Below, piece by piece: positions 14,021 through 25,791 of a stretch of 64,000 bases of DNA. Made by a program: the position numbers and the translations under genes. The first letter of the stretch is position 1. Every line of letters begins with the position of its first letter. The notes below the pieces were generated by a model. The model was not told the DNA's origin, searched no databases, and saw only the letters and a list, made by a program, of their open reading frames with translations. The stretch comes from Octopus sinensis (taxonomy: Eukaryota), in the NCBI RefSeq assembly GCF_006345805.1, contig NC_042999.1:36084001-36148000 (forward strand), read 5' to 3'.

Positions 14021-14648
14021 CAGAGACTAAAACAGCGTAAAAAGCTACAATTTAAAAACCTACAGTAATGTCCTTCTTAAAGAAAAAATAAAACAAATCC
14101 ATTAACAAAAAATAATAATAATAATAATAATAATAATGGAAAATATTATATTAAAAATCTGTTAATATATGCAACAATATATATATTTTCTTTTTGGCTC
14201 ATATTTGGTATCCAGTCTTCATGTGGGACAAGGAGTAAGACTTTTGTACTCTGCTGCAATGGGTGTATCTACCAGATGCAAAGAGTCTTATAAAAAGTAA
14301 TAATTTGAGAATTAAAAAAAAAAAAAATGACAAATAACAGAAAAAGAGAGAAAAAAAACTATGTGAAATTTGAAATAGGAACAAAATAAATATTAACATC
14401 ATAAATGAGAGTTTGTTTTTAACTTAAAAAGTTAAAATAAATTATTGTTATTATTACAATAGGGCTGTTGAACTTAAGCTATGTGGGAGAAACTCCAGCT
14501 TTTTTTTATAGAAATTTTACTATGTTTGTTTGTTTCAGTTAGTTTTCCTTGGAAAGTGTGTTTACATAACTGTGGGAGAACATTATCAACAAAAGAAAAT
14601 ATCCTGGTTTGATTTTTTTTTGTGTGTGTGTTTGTGTCTTTGTTGTTT

Positions 14649-14857
14649 TTACTGTTGCTCTACTTTAGCTCTTTTAGCGAGGCAATTTCCCCCTTCCATG
14701 TGTTTATCGAGGTTCTTAGGAGTCACAAACCCTTCTCCGCAGTGAGGGCATTCATTCCTGGACTTGAGCATATGGATTTGTGATTTCATGTGGCGATTCA
14801 GATCTGACTGAGTTACACCTTTGTAATTGCACAGCTTACAGCAGAATTCACGAATAC
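14649..14857 (-). CDS. Zinc-finger gene terminal coding exon (ZF10, ZF11, stop)
   Basis: Acceptor ctgtgttctgcag|GT ATT CGT (phase 1). Encodes GIREFCCKLCNYKGVTQSDLNRHMKSQIH..CPHCGEGFVTPKNLDKHMEGGNC..VEQQ. TAA at 14649-14651. Confidence 0.92.
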
Positions 14858-14966
14858 CTGCAGAACACAGAGAAAGAAAGAGAGACAGACAGAAACATGA
14901 ATGAGCTGTAACTAAATGATAATTTGAACACAAGGAGGAAACAGACTAATATCAAACTAAGATTAA

Positions 14967-15187
14967 CTCTTTCACATTTAAACCAGCCATATCTGGACCA
15001 AATATTCTACCTGTTTTTATGTCCAAACCAGCCAGATTCAACCTCCCACATATAGCCTACAAGGTCATTCTAAAAATAAACAATCATGTCATTGAAATTT
15101 TGAAACCACAAGATAGTGCATGACTAATTCAAAACAATGTGAATAGATACACATTGCATTTGGCACAGTAATCTCAATGCCAAATGG
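14967..15187. mobile_element. Family-1 MITE
   Basis: TTAA at 14963-14966 and 15188-15191. Same internal motifs (aaaccagccatatc, gcatgactaattcaaaacaatgtgaata). Confidence 0.8.
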
Positions 15188-18091
15188 TTAATATATCTCT
15201 GACAACATTTTAACATTTTTTGTAAGATGATTGTGCATGAATCTGTATTTCGTCAGCAGAACACAGCTGGTTTGCAATGTGGCCAAATGAATATTGTCTT
15301 CTTGATACATTATTGTTATTACTGTTGTGTTATACCAGACCAGTCTTGAATGAATAGAGTGCCAACTTTGACTATTCCATCTTTTTACAGACCTATCTCA
15401 GATTACATCATCCTATATGACCCTCCATCTGATTGTAAGGAATTTGTAATTTATCTGTCAAGAAAGCCATCTCTAGCTACAAAAGCATTCAAATTGAGAG
15501 CGTTATACCAGGAGTATAAAATGTTGTATGGAACAAAAACAGCTAGGAAATTAGAATATAAAATCAGATGGCATGGACTATGTATATAAAAAAAAACAGC
15601 CTTTAGTAGCAACTGGGTAGACCAGTGTTTCTCAAACTTTAACTATTGTCTCTTTTATTTTACTAATGCTTTCTCAATACCCCACTTGCTACATCACTAT
15701 CATTATTGTTTTAATGTCCACTTTTATATATGCTTGCATGGGTCAGACAGAATTCATTAAAGTAGATTTTCTACAGCCAAATGCCCCTCCTGGCACTATC
15801 CTTATTTGTAATAATTACCCATAATCGAATGAATTTTCATGTAAGAAAGGAAACAAATGACACTGCTTACATGACGGTGACACTCATTTACAACTAGAGT
15901 GTGATGTCAAGACAAGGAGACACACACAACACAGATATAGATAGATAGATAGTTAGATAGAGAGGACACAGACACACACATTGATATATATGGCTTGACT
16001 GTGTGGATAAGAAATTTCCTTTAAAGCACATGGCTTTAGGTACAATCCTACTGAGCAGCCTGTCAGTCAAATATCTTCTACTTTAGCCCCAGGCTGAACA
16101 ATGCTATGTGATTGAATTTGCCAGATGGAAACTGTACAAAGCTTTTCATACGTGTGTGTGTGTGTGGTATTTCGTGAATGTTTATATCACATGAAAAATC
16201 CCTGAGCTACAGTTGATGTTGTCTGTTGCAATTTCTCTGTCAACAAACTATACACAACTATGTGCTTTTAAAGATGTGTGGAAAAAAAATTTTTTTAATT
16301 CTTGTTCATTAACTCATGTTTTAAAATTTATTTTAAAACACTATGCCTAATGATCTTGCAAGTTTGAAATGATTACACTCTCTCTCACAAGATTCTAATA
16401 AAACTGAAATATGTCCATTACTATCACTCTCCTGTCATCAAAGATCATATTTTTACCTCAAGTATGAAAATTTATAAGTTTCTATGAAATTAATAATTAA
16501 GTTCTTGAAATTATCTCCCCCTCTTTTTGACAGCCATTAACAATTACTACTAAGTTTTTGTTTCCTTTCTCTAATTATGAGGGAAATTCCAATTATTTGA
16601 AGTCATTCATTGCATTAAGAAGGACATTCACCCATAGAAACCATGCCAAATCAGATTGGAACCTTGTGCAGCTCTCCAGCTTACTAGTTTCAGTCTAACT
16701 GTCTAACCCATGCCAGCATGAAAAGCAGACACTAAAAGACGATGATTCTTGTACACATCATTCTGGACATCAACACCTACCTGATTTATTTAAATTTATA
16801 TCACTAAGTTACACACACACACGATAGGCTTCTTTTAGCTTCCATCGACCTAATCCACTCACAAGGCTTTGGTTGGCCTGGGACTATAGTAGAGGAACTA
16901 AACCTAAAACCAAGTGGTTGGAAAGCAAACATCTAACCTAAACAACTGTTCATATACATCATCATCATTTTATATCTGTTTTCCATGCTGTTGTGAGCCT
17001 GACAGCTCGACAATATCTAAATCAGTTCTTATTGAAGTTATAACTCCCCTAGACAGGTTGGAGGACCACATCTTGCTCAGATGTCAGAGTTTTGTCATGG
17101 TTTCGGCAGCTGGATGACCTTCCTAACAAAACAACTTTACAGAGTGTACATGAAGGTGGGGGGAGTGCTTTTTTTTTTTCTGTAGCACCAACACTAAAGA
17201 GGTTGTCATGTCCTTGGCAAGAATAAAGAGGTTTTTTTTTGGTTTGGTGCTGTCTGTTTGTTTCGCCTTATTCATGTTTTTTTTTAAACAGTTTTTTAAA
17301 AACATTTTGTTCAATGTCTGATTATGACAACCAAGACCTTTACAAGGCTTCCAAGACTGATAGGAGAAAAGGGGCAGAAGAAAGCACAACTGATGAGTCA
17401 TGAAGTAGAAAGACATCGAGTTACTCCCAGGGCAGAAGGATGACCTGAATACTTGCAACAAAAGAACCTTAGGGAGCAGGCAGTGATGGTAAAGAAGATG
17501 ACAGACTATAGATATACCACCCTAAAATAGGAGCAAACTGCCACAGTTTCCCTCTAATTTTACTCACAAGGTTTGGGTGAACCTGAGGCTAGGTTAGAGA
17601 CACTAAGCCAAAAGAGCTGTGCAATACGATTGAGTCTAAAACCACATGTTTGTGAAGCACTTAATGAGATAGCATAACCTGACTTACAGAAGGAAGATAG
17701 GATAAATAAAAGAATATGAAATACCTTGGTGGCGCATCATGTGCACTTTTAACTGGCTATTGGTGCGTGCATAGTAATCACAGAATTTACACTTGTATGG
17801 CCGGATATCTGAAAGTACAGTGAAGTTATTTGAATGTTAGGTGGTTAATAGGCAGAAATGATACAGTATTGACGCTGCTTCAGTGGTAGCAAGATGAAAC
17901 AACAAACTGATCAGGCATGAAAGTTAAATCACACATTAACTGTACATGATAATTCCAGACCTCTACATCAAAAGTGTGTGTGTGTGTGTGTGTATGTGTG
18001 TGTAATTCAGTTTTAATGGTGAAATTTTCAAGTAAGAAGTCACTTTTAATATTAAATATATGTCTCATTGTCATTGTTTTAATGCCCACTC

Positions 18092-18476
18092 TTTCATGGC
18101 ACATAAAAAGCACTATCCGAACGTCGCCGATGCCAGCGCCGCCCCGACTGGCTTCTGTGCTGGTGGCACATAAAAAGCACCATCCGAACGTTGCCAGCGC
18201 CGCCTTGGCTGGCTTCCGTGCCACTGGCACGTTAAAAGCTCCAACCGATCATGGAAGATGCCGGACATCCCCCCCCCCCCAGCACCTGTGCAGGTGGCAT
18301 GTAAAAAGCACCCACTACACTCGCGGAGTGGTTGGCGTTAGGAAGGGCATCCAGCCGTAGAAACTCTGCCAGATCAGACTAGAGCCTGGAGCAGCCCCTG
18401 GCTTCCCAGACCCCGGTCAAACCGTCCAACCCGTGCTAGCGCGGAAAACGGACGTTAAACGATGATGATGATGATG
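18092..18476 (+). mobile_element. RTE LINE 3'UTR fragment with four tandem 61-70-bp units and a (GAT)n tail
   Basis: TGGCAC(A/G)TAAAAAGCAC-like unit at 18097, 18164, 18225 and 18295. The 3' part matches the 41841-42223 element and ends gacgttaaacgatgatgatg. Confidence 0.8.
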
Positions 18477-18700
18477 GATCAGAAGGAATTCTTTGAGGCA
18501 GATATTCTATGGCTAGCTGTCCTTTTCGCCAACCCTCACCTTTTTCCAAGTAAGGTAGTATTTTCCCATGGCTGAACATGTTTTTTTTCTAGAAGACTGG
18601 ATGGCAAGCATGACAGTGGCACACATTTACAACTATCACATAATGTCAAGACATGAGACACAAACATAAACGTACACATGTGTGTGTTTATATATATATG

Positions 18701-19040
18701 TGCACATGGCTGAGTGGTCAGAGCATCAGGCTCACAATCATGAAGTAGTGATTTCGATTCCTGGACTGGGCTGTGTATAGTGTTCTTGAGCAAGACATTT
18801 TACTTCACGTTGCTCCAGTGCACTCAGCTGTAGAAATGAGTTGCGACATTACTGGTGCCAAGCTGTATCGGCCTTTGCCTTTCCTTTGGATAACATCTTT
18901 GGTGTGAAGTGAGGAGGCTGATATGCATGGGTGACTACTGGTCCTTCATAAACAACCTTGTCTGAACTTGTGCCTTGGAGGGTAACTTTCTAGGTGCAAT
19001 CCCATGGGCATTCATGACTGAAAGGAGTTTTTACCCTTTT
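18701..19040 (+). mobile_element. tRNA-derived SINE, family C
   Basis: A-box tggctgagtgg, B-box atttcgattcc, central ttgagcaagac...ctccagtgcactcagctgtagaaatgag. Homologous to 35822-36160 and 39844-40184. Confidence 0.82.
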
Positions 19041-19070
19041 AATATATATATAAATACGCACACATGGTTC

Positions 19071-19435
19071 CGGGTTCAGTCCCACTGCATGGATCCTTGG
19101 GCAAGTGTCTTCTACTATAGCCTCAGGCCGATCAAAGCCTTGTGAGTGGATTTGGTAGACAGAAACTGAAAGAAGCCCGTCGTATATGTATATATATGTA
19201 TATGTGTGTGTGTATACATTTGTGCGTCTGTGTTTTTCCCTCCACCATCGCTTGACTACCGGTGCTGGTGTGTTTACGTCCCCTTAACTTAGCGGTTCAG
19301 CAAAAGAGACTGATAGAATAAGTACTAGGCTTACAAAGAATAAGTCATGGGGTCGATTTGCTCGACTAAAGGCGGTGCTCCAGCATGGCCACAGTCAAAT
19401 GACTGAAACAAATAAAAGAGTAAAAGAGAGAGAAT
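19071..19435 (+). mobile_element. tRNA-derived SINE, family B, with an internal (TA)n(TG)n tract
   Basis: B-box gggttcagtcc, CORE-like ccttgggcaagtgtctt, tail gactgaaacaaataaaagagtaaaagag. Further copies at 36870-37260, 48480-48615, 53135-53760 and 56662-56832. Confidence 0.85.
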
Positions 19436-20306
19436 AAAGAGACACACACACACACACTTAATGATCTTCTTTCAGTTTCTGTCTGAAGTTGTGTGGCAGT
19501 ATTTTAGTGTGGTACAAATGTGTGTGTGTGTGTGTGTGTGTGTAATTGTCAGGTGGGAGGTAGGAAAGCATGCATGTGAGGGATGTATAAGCATGTATGC
19601 GTGTGAGGGAGAAAAAAAGAAAGATATTGCTGAAGCAAAAATGGTAGCAAAAGGAACGTGGAGGGCATGATTTAAATTAAAATATGTAAAAGAAAGAGAG
19701 AATGATAGAAAAAGAGAGAATATATATGAATTCTGTGGAGAGAAGAAACATAACAGAAAAAGGTAAAAAGAATTACAAAATGAAGAATTTGAGTGTTCAA
19801 AGGATAGTGGGAGGGCTAGGTGTATGTATGCATGCGTGTGCATGTATGCATATGTGTGTGTATGTGTTTGCACATGCATACATATAATGTGTGTTTTTTG
19901 TTCCAGGAATAAGCATACCACATTTCCACAAGTAGTAAATGACGATGAGAAGTGTTGGCAACAGGAAGGGCATCCAGCTGTGCAATGCCACCTTAGAGAA
20001 CCTGTTTAACCTATATCACATGTAAAAGCAGACTTAAGATAATGATGATGATGATGATATGCACAGGTATCAATAAAGTGATAGACACAAAAGCAAAAAG
20101 ACAAACTGCAAATTTCTTGAATAAATTGTAAAGTTAACAGCACTGAACTTCAGTTTGCTCCATACTGATTGTAAAAATAAATAATATAAATAAATGTATA
20201 CATGGAATTAATTATTGAGAATATATTTAATAAATACACACACACACACACATATATATATATATGTGTGTGTGGGTGTGTGTATATGCATGTGTGTGTG
20301 TATATA

Positions 20307-20706
20307 TCTTTATATATAAAAGAGAGGTTGTGTGTCTGTCTCCTACGATTTAGATTCCTAACTACTCCCACATTTTGCAGTGGAGTTTAACCAAAACTGG
20401 GTATCTTATAGTCGTGATTCATATCGAGCCCTTCTGGGTATTAGCGCGCGTCTACGATGAGTCTACCATTTAAAAAAAAATTTACCATCATTTTTTTCCA
20501 TTTTAATGCATTTTTTCCGCTATTATATAAGGGAAGTAACTCTCTAAAAATGTCTACGATGAGTCAACGATTTAAAAAAAAAAATTACCATAATTTTTTT
20601 TCCATTTTTAATGCATTTTTTTGCTATTTTTTGGCTATAACTCTCTAAAAATGCTTATATAGTTATTTCCCTTACAAACCCGAGCAACGCCGGACGATAC
20701 TGCTAG
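20307..20706 (+). mobile_element. Non-autonomous Helitron (400 bp) with a 102-bp internal tandem duplication
   Basis: A|TCTTTATATATAAAAG at the 5' end. GC hairpin CCG(A)GC-AAC-GCCGG at 20680-20693, 9 nt before CTAG|T (20703-20706). No TSD, inserted between A and T. Confidence 0.85.
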
Positions 20707-21478
20707 TATATATATATATATGAATGTATAAATTTGCAGCCTGGCTGTGAAAGATGCAACAAGTAAATAGGCCCCAGAGTCTTTGGTAAAGATTCTGTGA
20801 TCTATTCAAAGGTTTCATTTCAACAGCAAGACTGCATGTATGTTTGGGACAGCACATGCACTAGTGGTTAGGGATGCTGGGCTCATAATCATCAGATCAT
20901 TGTTTCAATTCCTGGACTGAGCAGCGAGTTGTGTCTCTTGAGTCAGGCATTTCATTTCTCAATAAAGTAGTCTATTTGAGTGCAAATGAGTACCAGCTGA
21001 GTGAAGGTGCATCCCTTTACCCTCCAGTTGTCATATCCTCAGTTTTCCATTGGAACATGGGTGGGAGGCCTGAGAGGATGTCTTTGTCAGCTTCAGACCA
21101 TGCAGGCACCTAAAACAATAAGCAAAAGCATACTTGGTTGCCAGTGATGGCTATAATTTGGTTATAATTTCGTATTTTTGCCTGTCTGTTTTTGGTAATC
21201 TTATAATCAACCCTTGTGACAAAGAGGCACAGAAATTCTGTCTTTCACACTTCCTGGAGAGACAGAGAGATACAGTTTGCAAAACACTGTTTTTTAGCAG
21301 AAGACTTGCTACTGATGTAAGGTCATGTGTGTTTCTTTTACATTGTGTATCAGGGGCTAGCCATTTCCATCTGTTCTTTTCCAGATTAAATTTGTGTCAT
21401 GACTCCAAATAACTCGTAAATTTATGAATATTTTTTGAGCACAATTGGCAGTAAATATCTTGCAAAGACTAATTGTAT

Positions 21479-21481
21479 ATG

Positions 21482-21548
<67 letters not shown>
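21479..21548. repeat. (TG)n(AG)n microsatellite
   Basis: Direct reading. Confidence 0.95.
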
Positions 21549-21555
<7 letters not shown>

Positions 21556-24049
21556 ATAAGTCAATATGTCCAATTCAGTCAACAATCAGTAGACATAGAG
21601 GTGGAGAAGATTTGATCCAGTTCATTCACTTTGAACATATGATTGTCTTCCTAGACTGCTGAAAAGCCATGTGATCTACTTTCACAATGGGACTAAATAC
21701 AAAAAGATGTGACCAATGTATATATTATTTGTAGATACATAGTCTTAGTGCTGCTACAGTGCGCCACTTGATCATTCATTGAGCAATGCATATCATCGGC
21801 GTCATCATTGTTTAGCCTTAAGTCAACCTCAGGTAAGTAGAGTGATGATCAAAAATGTTCCAGCAGCAACCATCCTGTCTTTAATTTCAGACATGATGTG
21901 TCTGGAATCACATCATCCAATATGTCGTTCCACTTTTAAGATGATAGTTGAAAGGGGGTTATGGCAGCTATTTGTGACATGTAGAGATAGTCTTGCTGCC
22001 TCAAGTGAGCATCATGGTGGTTAAAAGTCATGATGTAAAAGTGACAAGTTTGCTAACAGTTAAAAAGAAATCAGAACAGAACAGCATTTGTCACTGTCAC
22101 AGAAATAAAATCTTTCATTTCTACAATGCCATCATGTTGGCAGGTAAACTGCCCCCCCCCAAAAAAAAACCCCATTTTAGTTGCAAGTGCAATGTGATAA
22201 TAGGTATACTGTATCTCTGTAGATTGTAAGAGTTAACTAAAAAGGTTTATCAGAAAGGGAATCAGGCTATAAAACACTGCATATTGGAGTGTGACCACAA
22301 TGTGAGATTCAATCTGGGTGTAACCATAATGTAATAATCATAATGACTTCATTGTTGCCCCGGTTTTCATCAGACAGTGATTAAAAATCCCATGGGTTAA
22401 CATCATCATTGTCATCATCCTCATCATCATTTTTGTTTGCTTTTCTAAGATGGTTAGACAGAAATTGTTTGGAACAGTGTTTTACAGCAAGATGCCCTTC
22501 CTCATGTGACTCCTTTAAGCTCCCCCCTTACAACACAGAGATAAAAGGTACTTAATCTAAAAACCACAATATACAATATAATTTGGAGCTAAAAGTATTG
22601 ATCCGCAGCAGTTTTTTTTTGTTGTTTTTTTCCCCCCTGACTGGTATGAATAGTAAAAATAAGCTGGCATAAATATATAATGATGTGTAGATTTACATGA
22701 CATTTAGTATCAACTGAACAATTAATGTCACAACATCTTTGTTTCTGATCAAACACCCATTCAGAAATTATAGTGTCCTCTAATACATCATAATAAACAA
22801 TATATTCTACCCCAATAGTTTACAGAACTAAACTGTCAATCTGATATACTTTTATAAATTGGAATAAAAGATCTTAATGATTTTAATGCATTTTATTAAT
22901 TAATCTATGAAGGAAAGGAGCTTTTGTGTGTATGAAAACGTTGGGTGGTTATAGTGGGTTTGCATGGTTGATGTTTGGTTTGAATTATTGGTGATCACTG
23001 TTTGGTGAGTCATGGATGGATTTCAGGCTATGATGGAAGAAAGTAAAAGCAGTTAAGGAATATATTTCTAACGTGTAAGGATTGGGTAAGTGTCACATAT
23101 AGGGGAATAAGTAGACAAAGAGAAATAATGAAACCACAGTATATGGGAGATGTCATCAGAATGAAACAGCACAACATCACGACTTGTATTTTTTTTAAAG
23201 GATTAAGTCAAGGAAGTGTATTTATATGTATTTATGTCACATACCTATGCTAAGAGATATGTGTGTATTTGTCATACACAGCTTTGTTATTAATAAAAAA
23301 CATGTATGTGTATATTTATGTCACACGTTTGCTATTAAAGGAATGTGTATATGTATGTGATGCACCTTCACTAAAAATGTAATGTATGTGTGTGTTTATG
23401 TTACACACCTTTACTGTTATTCTAAAATAAAAAATACAATACAAAATAGAATTTAAAGGTATTTTATACTTCAAATTACAAAAATGGAAATGTCAACAGG
23501 AATTTCAAACTAATTTTTGATTTGATTTTCACGTTAAATTAGTTTTCATGCATATCAAAGGATACAAGTTCATCAAAGGTCAGACAATAAGCATACTTAA
23601 CATGCATTACAACGATAAACTTTAGCCATTGCCTTTCTCTTCTACTTAGCTAAAATTTACAATCTCCTTTCTCCAATCCCAAGCAAATTACTTTGGAATG
23701 AACTGGTTTACTAATTGCTTTCTTGTCTTTTGATCACATCTAACAGACACACAGCACTGAAATATATACACATCCAGACACCTCCCCACTAAACTAAGCA
23801 TTCAATACATAAGCAAAATCTCATTTTAAAGTAACATGCACAAAAACAAGCATAAGTAGACACACACACACATTTCTTCCCCCCCCCCCCCCCCGCCACC
23901 ACAAAGAGTCAATGTAATATGTATTTGCATCACCTTTTACTTCTATATTTTTAGTTTCTTATCGTTAATGCCATTGGCTAAATTAATTCATTTGAGAGGT
24001 GATAGCAAAGCATTATGGTTAAATCAACATCAATCTACTGCATATTCAA

Positions 24050-24267
24050 ACACTTTTGATACCTACCTGTCTGAGACCACCCCTTGTTTTATAATACAAA
24101 TTTCGTGTTTAAGTGATCTTAATTAAAACCTTTTGTCAAAGATTCACACTCACTTATGTGCCAAACACTATCTTAATAACAAAGTTATTTCAAGAAAGTC
24201 TTCATTATTTCCAAAATTAATTGCAACAGAGGCAGTGTATTTCAGCGGAAATACAGTAACAAAAGGG
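24050..24267. mobile_element. piggyBac-like MITE, family 2
   Basis: Ends AAAAGGG|TTAA (TTAA at 24268-24271). Degenerate left end tcaa|acacttttgatacc. Homologous to 1641-1860. Confidence 0.6.
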
Positions 24268-25609
24268 TTAAAGTCAATAAACTCAATGGACTGGCAGACA
24301 CATGTGTTAATCAAAGACACCTTATAGTATTTAATTATGGCCTTTCATTAGGCAAGTTCAAACTTTCTTGAGGTCAATCATGTCTTTCATCTTTTCAGAG
24401 ACAATAAAAGAACGTACCAGTCAAGTACTTGGGTGGATTTAATTGACTATACCTCTCCCACTACAAGCAATTTGTATCCTGCTGCCAATATTAGAAATGA
24501 ATAATTACTTCACTTCCTATCACCAGAGATATTTATCAGTGATCATCCCTATTGATTTTATGAGATAGGAGATTTGTGGCATTCATGCTGTTTCTGAGCA
24601 CAATGGTAGTACAAGTGAGCAAAATATAATAAAGAATTGAAACTGTGTTACAGATATAGGGACTTACCTGTAGCTCAATGGTACTCGGCATACACATGTT
24701 TGAACACACACTTTCATGCATGAACACATACACATTATCATGCACAAGAATGCATGCACCTGATCAAATACACATCCTGAAGCACACATACATACACAGA
24801 CATCCTATAGAAGAGATGGTGTTATTTTAAGGCCACCAGTTTTAAGAACAGTGGATATGTGATGTGATTATATAATATGCAGAAAAAGAAGAGGCACCTT
24901 GAAGTAAATACTGCATGCTGGTACTTGAACAGTTTGTCATCAGCAACAACAAAAAGATACATTTGGCAATTAAACAGTTGATCAAGAAAAGAAGAGAGAG
25001 AGAGAGAGAGATAGATAGATAGAGAGAGAATAGTTTCCATGCTTACATTTTAGCAACTGGATCTAGTGATCAACACAAATGCAATATTTCAAAAGAGCAT
25101 TTGTCAAAAGAAAGCCAAATAATAAAATAATTGAAACAGTCATAATCATAATGACAACAATAACAGCAACAAAAAAAAGCCCCTCCCCCGCCCAAATTAC
25201 TACTATGAAAAATTTAGAGTCAATTATTATTGTTTTTTTTTCTTGTTCTTTTAGTTGAGAAATATTGACATCTTTTGACTAGGCATGAATGCCCTTAAAT
25301 AGACATTAAATTATATTTTTTTAAAAATTCACAATAAAGTCTGTAAGTACACTCAAACAAAGAGGGTACTTCCATAAGCGTATGGGCTTGTAGACAAAGT
25401 TAATTTTTTGCACAACAAACTGCAATGGCAGAGAAACAAAAACCAAAGAAAGAATTAAAGAATCCTCATTGTACATACAAATTCGCAAGCATAAAACAAA
25501 AACACATATACATGCGTTTATATACACATAATTAAGTCTAAATTTTATCTGCAACATGAATATATATATACATATATATATAGATGGATAGATATGTATA
25601 TATCTACAT

Positions 25610-25647
<38 letters not shown>

Positions 25648-25698
25648 TAAAATTGAATTTTTTTTTTTGTTAAAAAAGAAGCAAGGTGAAACCCTCAC

Positions 25699-25791
25699 CC
25701 GTTTTAGGAACTTGTTTTGTTACATCTAGGGCATATGTATATCCTTCCAAGGTCATCTCCCCTTGTCTGTTCTGAATCGCACCAGTCTCAA
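25699..25791 (-). CDS. Candidate alternative exon (93-nt phase 1-1 cassette, or terminal exon to TAA at 25670)
   Basis: Pyrimidine-rich acceptor cccatcttttttcacttgtcag|TT GAG and donor ACG G|gtgagg. Open in the phase required by the flanking exons, within a repeat-poor island. No homology evidence. Confidence 0.35.

Noticed and set aside
13115-14068. ORFs rich in YI/HT/CV dipeptides (also near 2400, 20150, 25321 and 36955)
   Set aside because: Translations of (TA)n, (CA)n and (TG)n microsatellites.
18097-18312. CRISPR array
   Set aside because: The spacers are homologous to one another, the context is eukaryotic, no cas genes are present, and the motif is part of a LINE 3'UTR.
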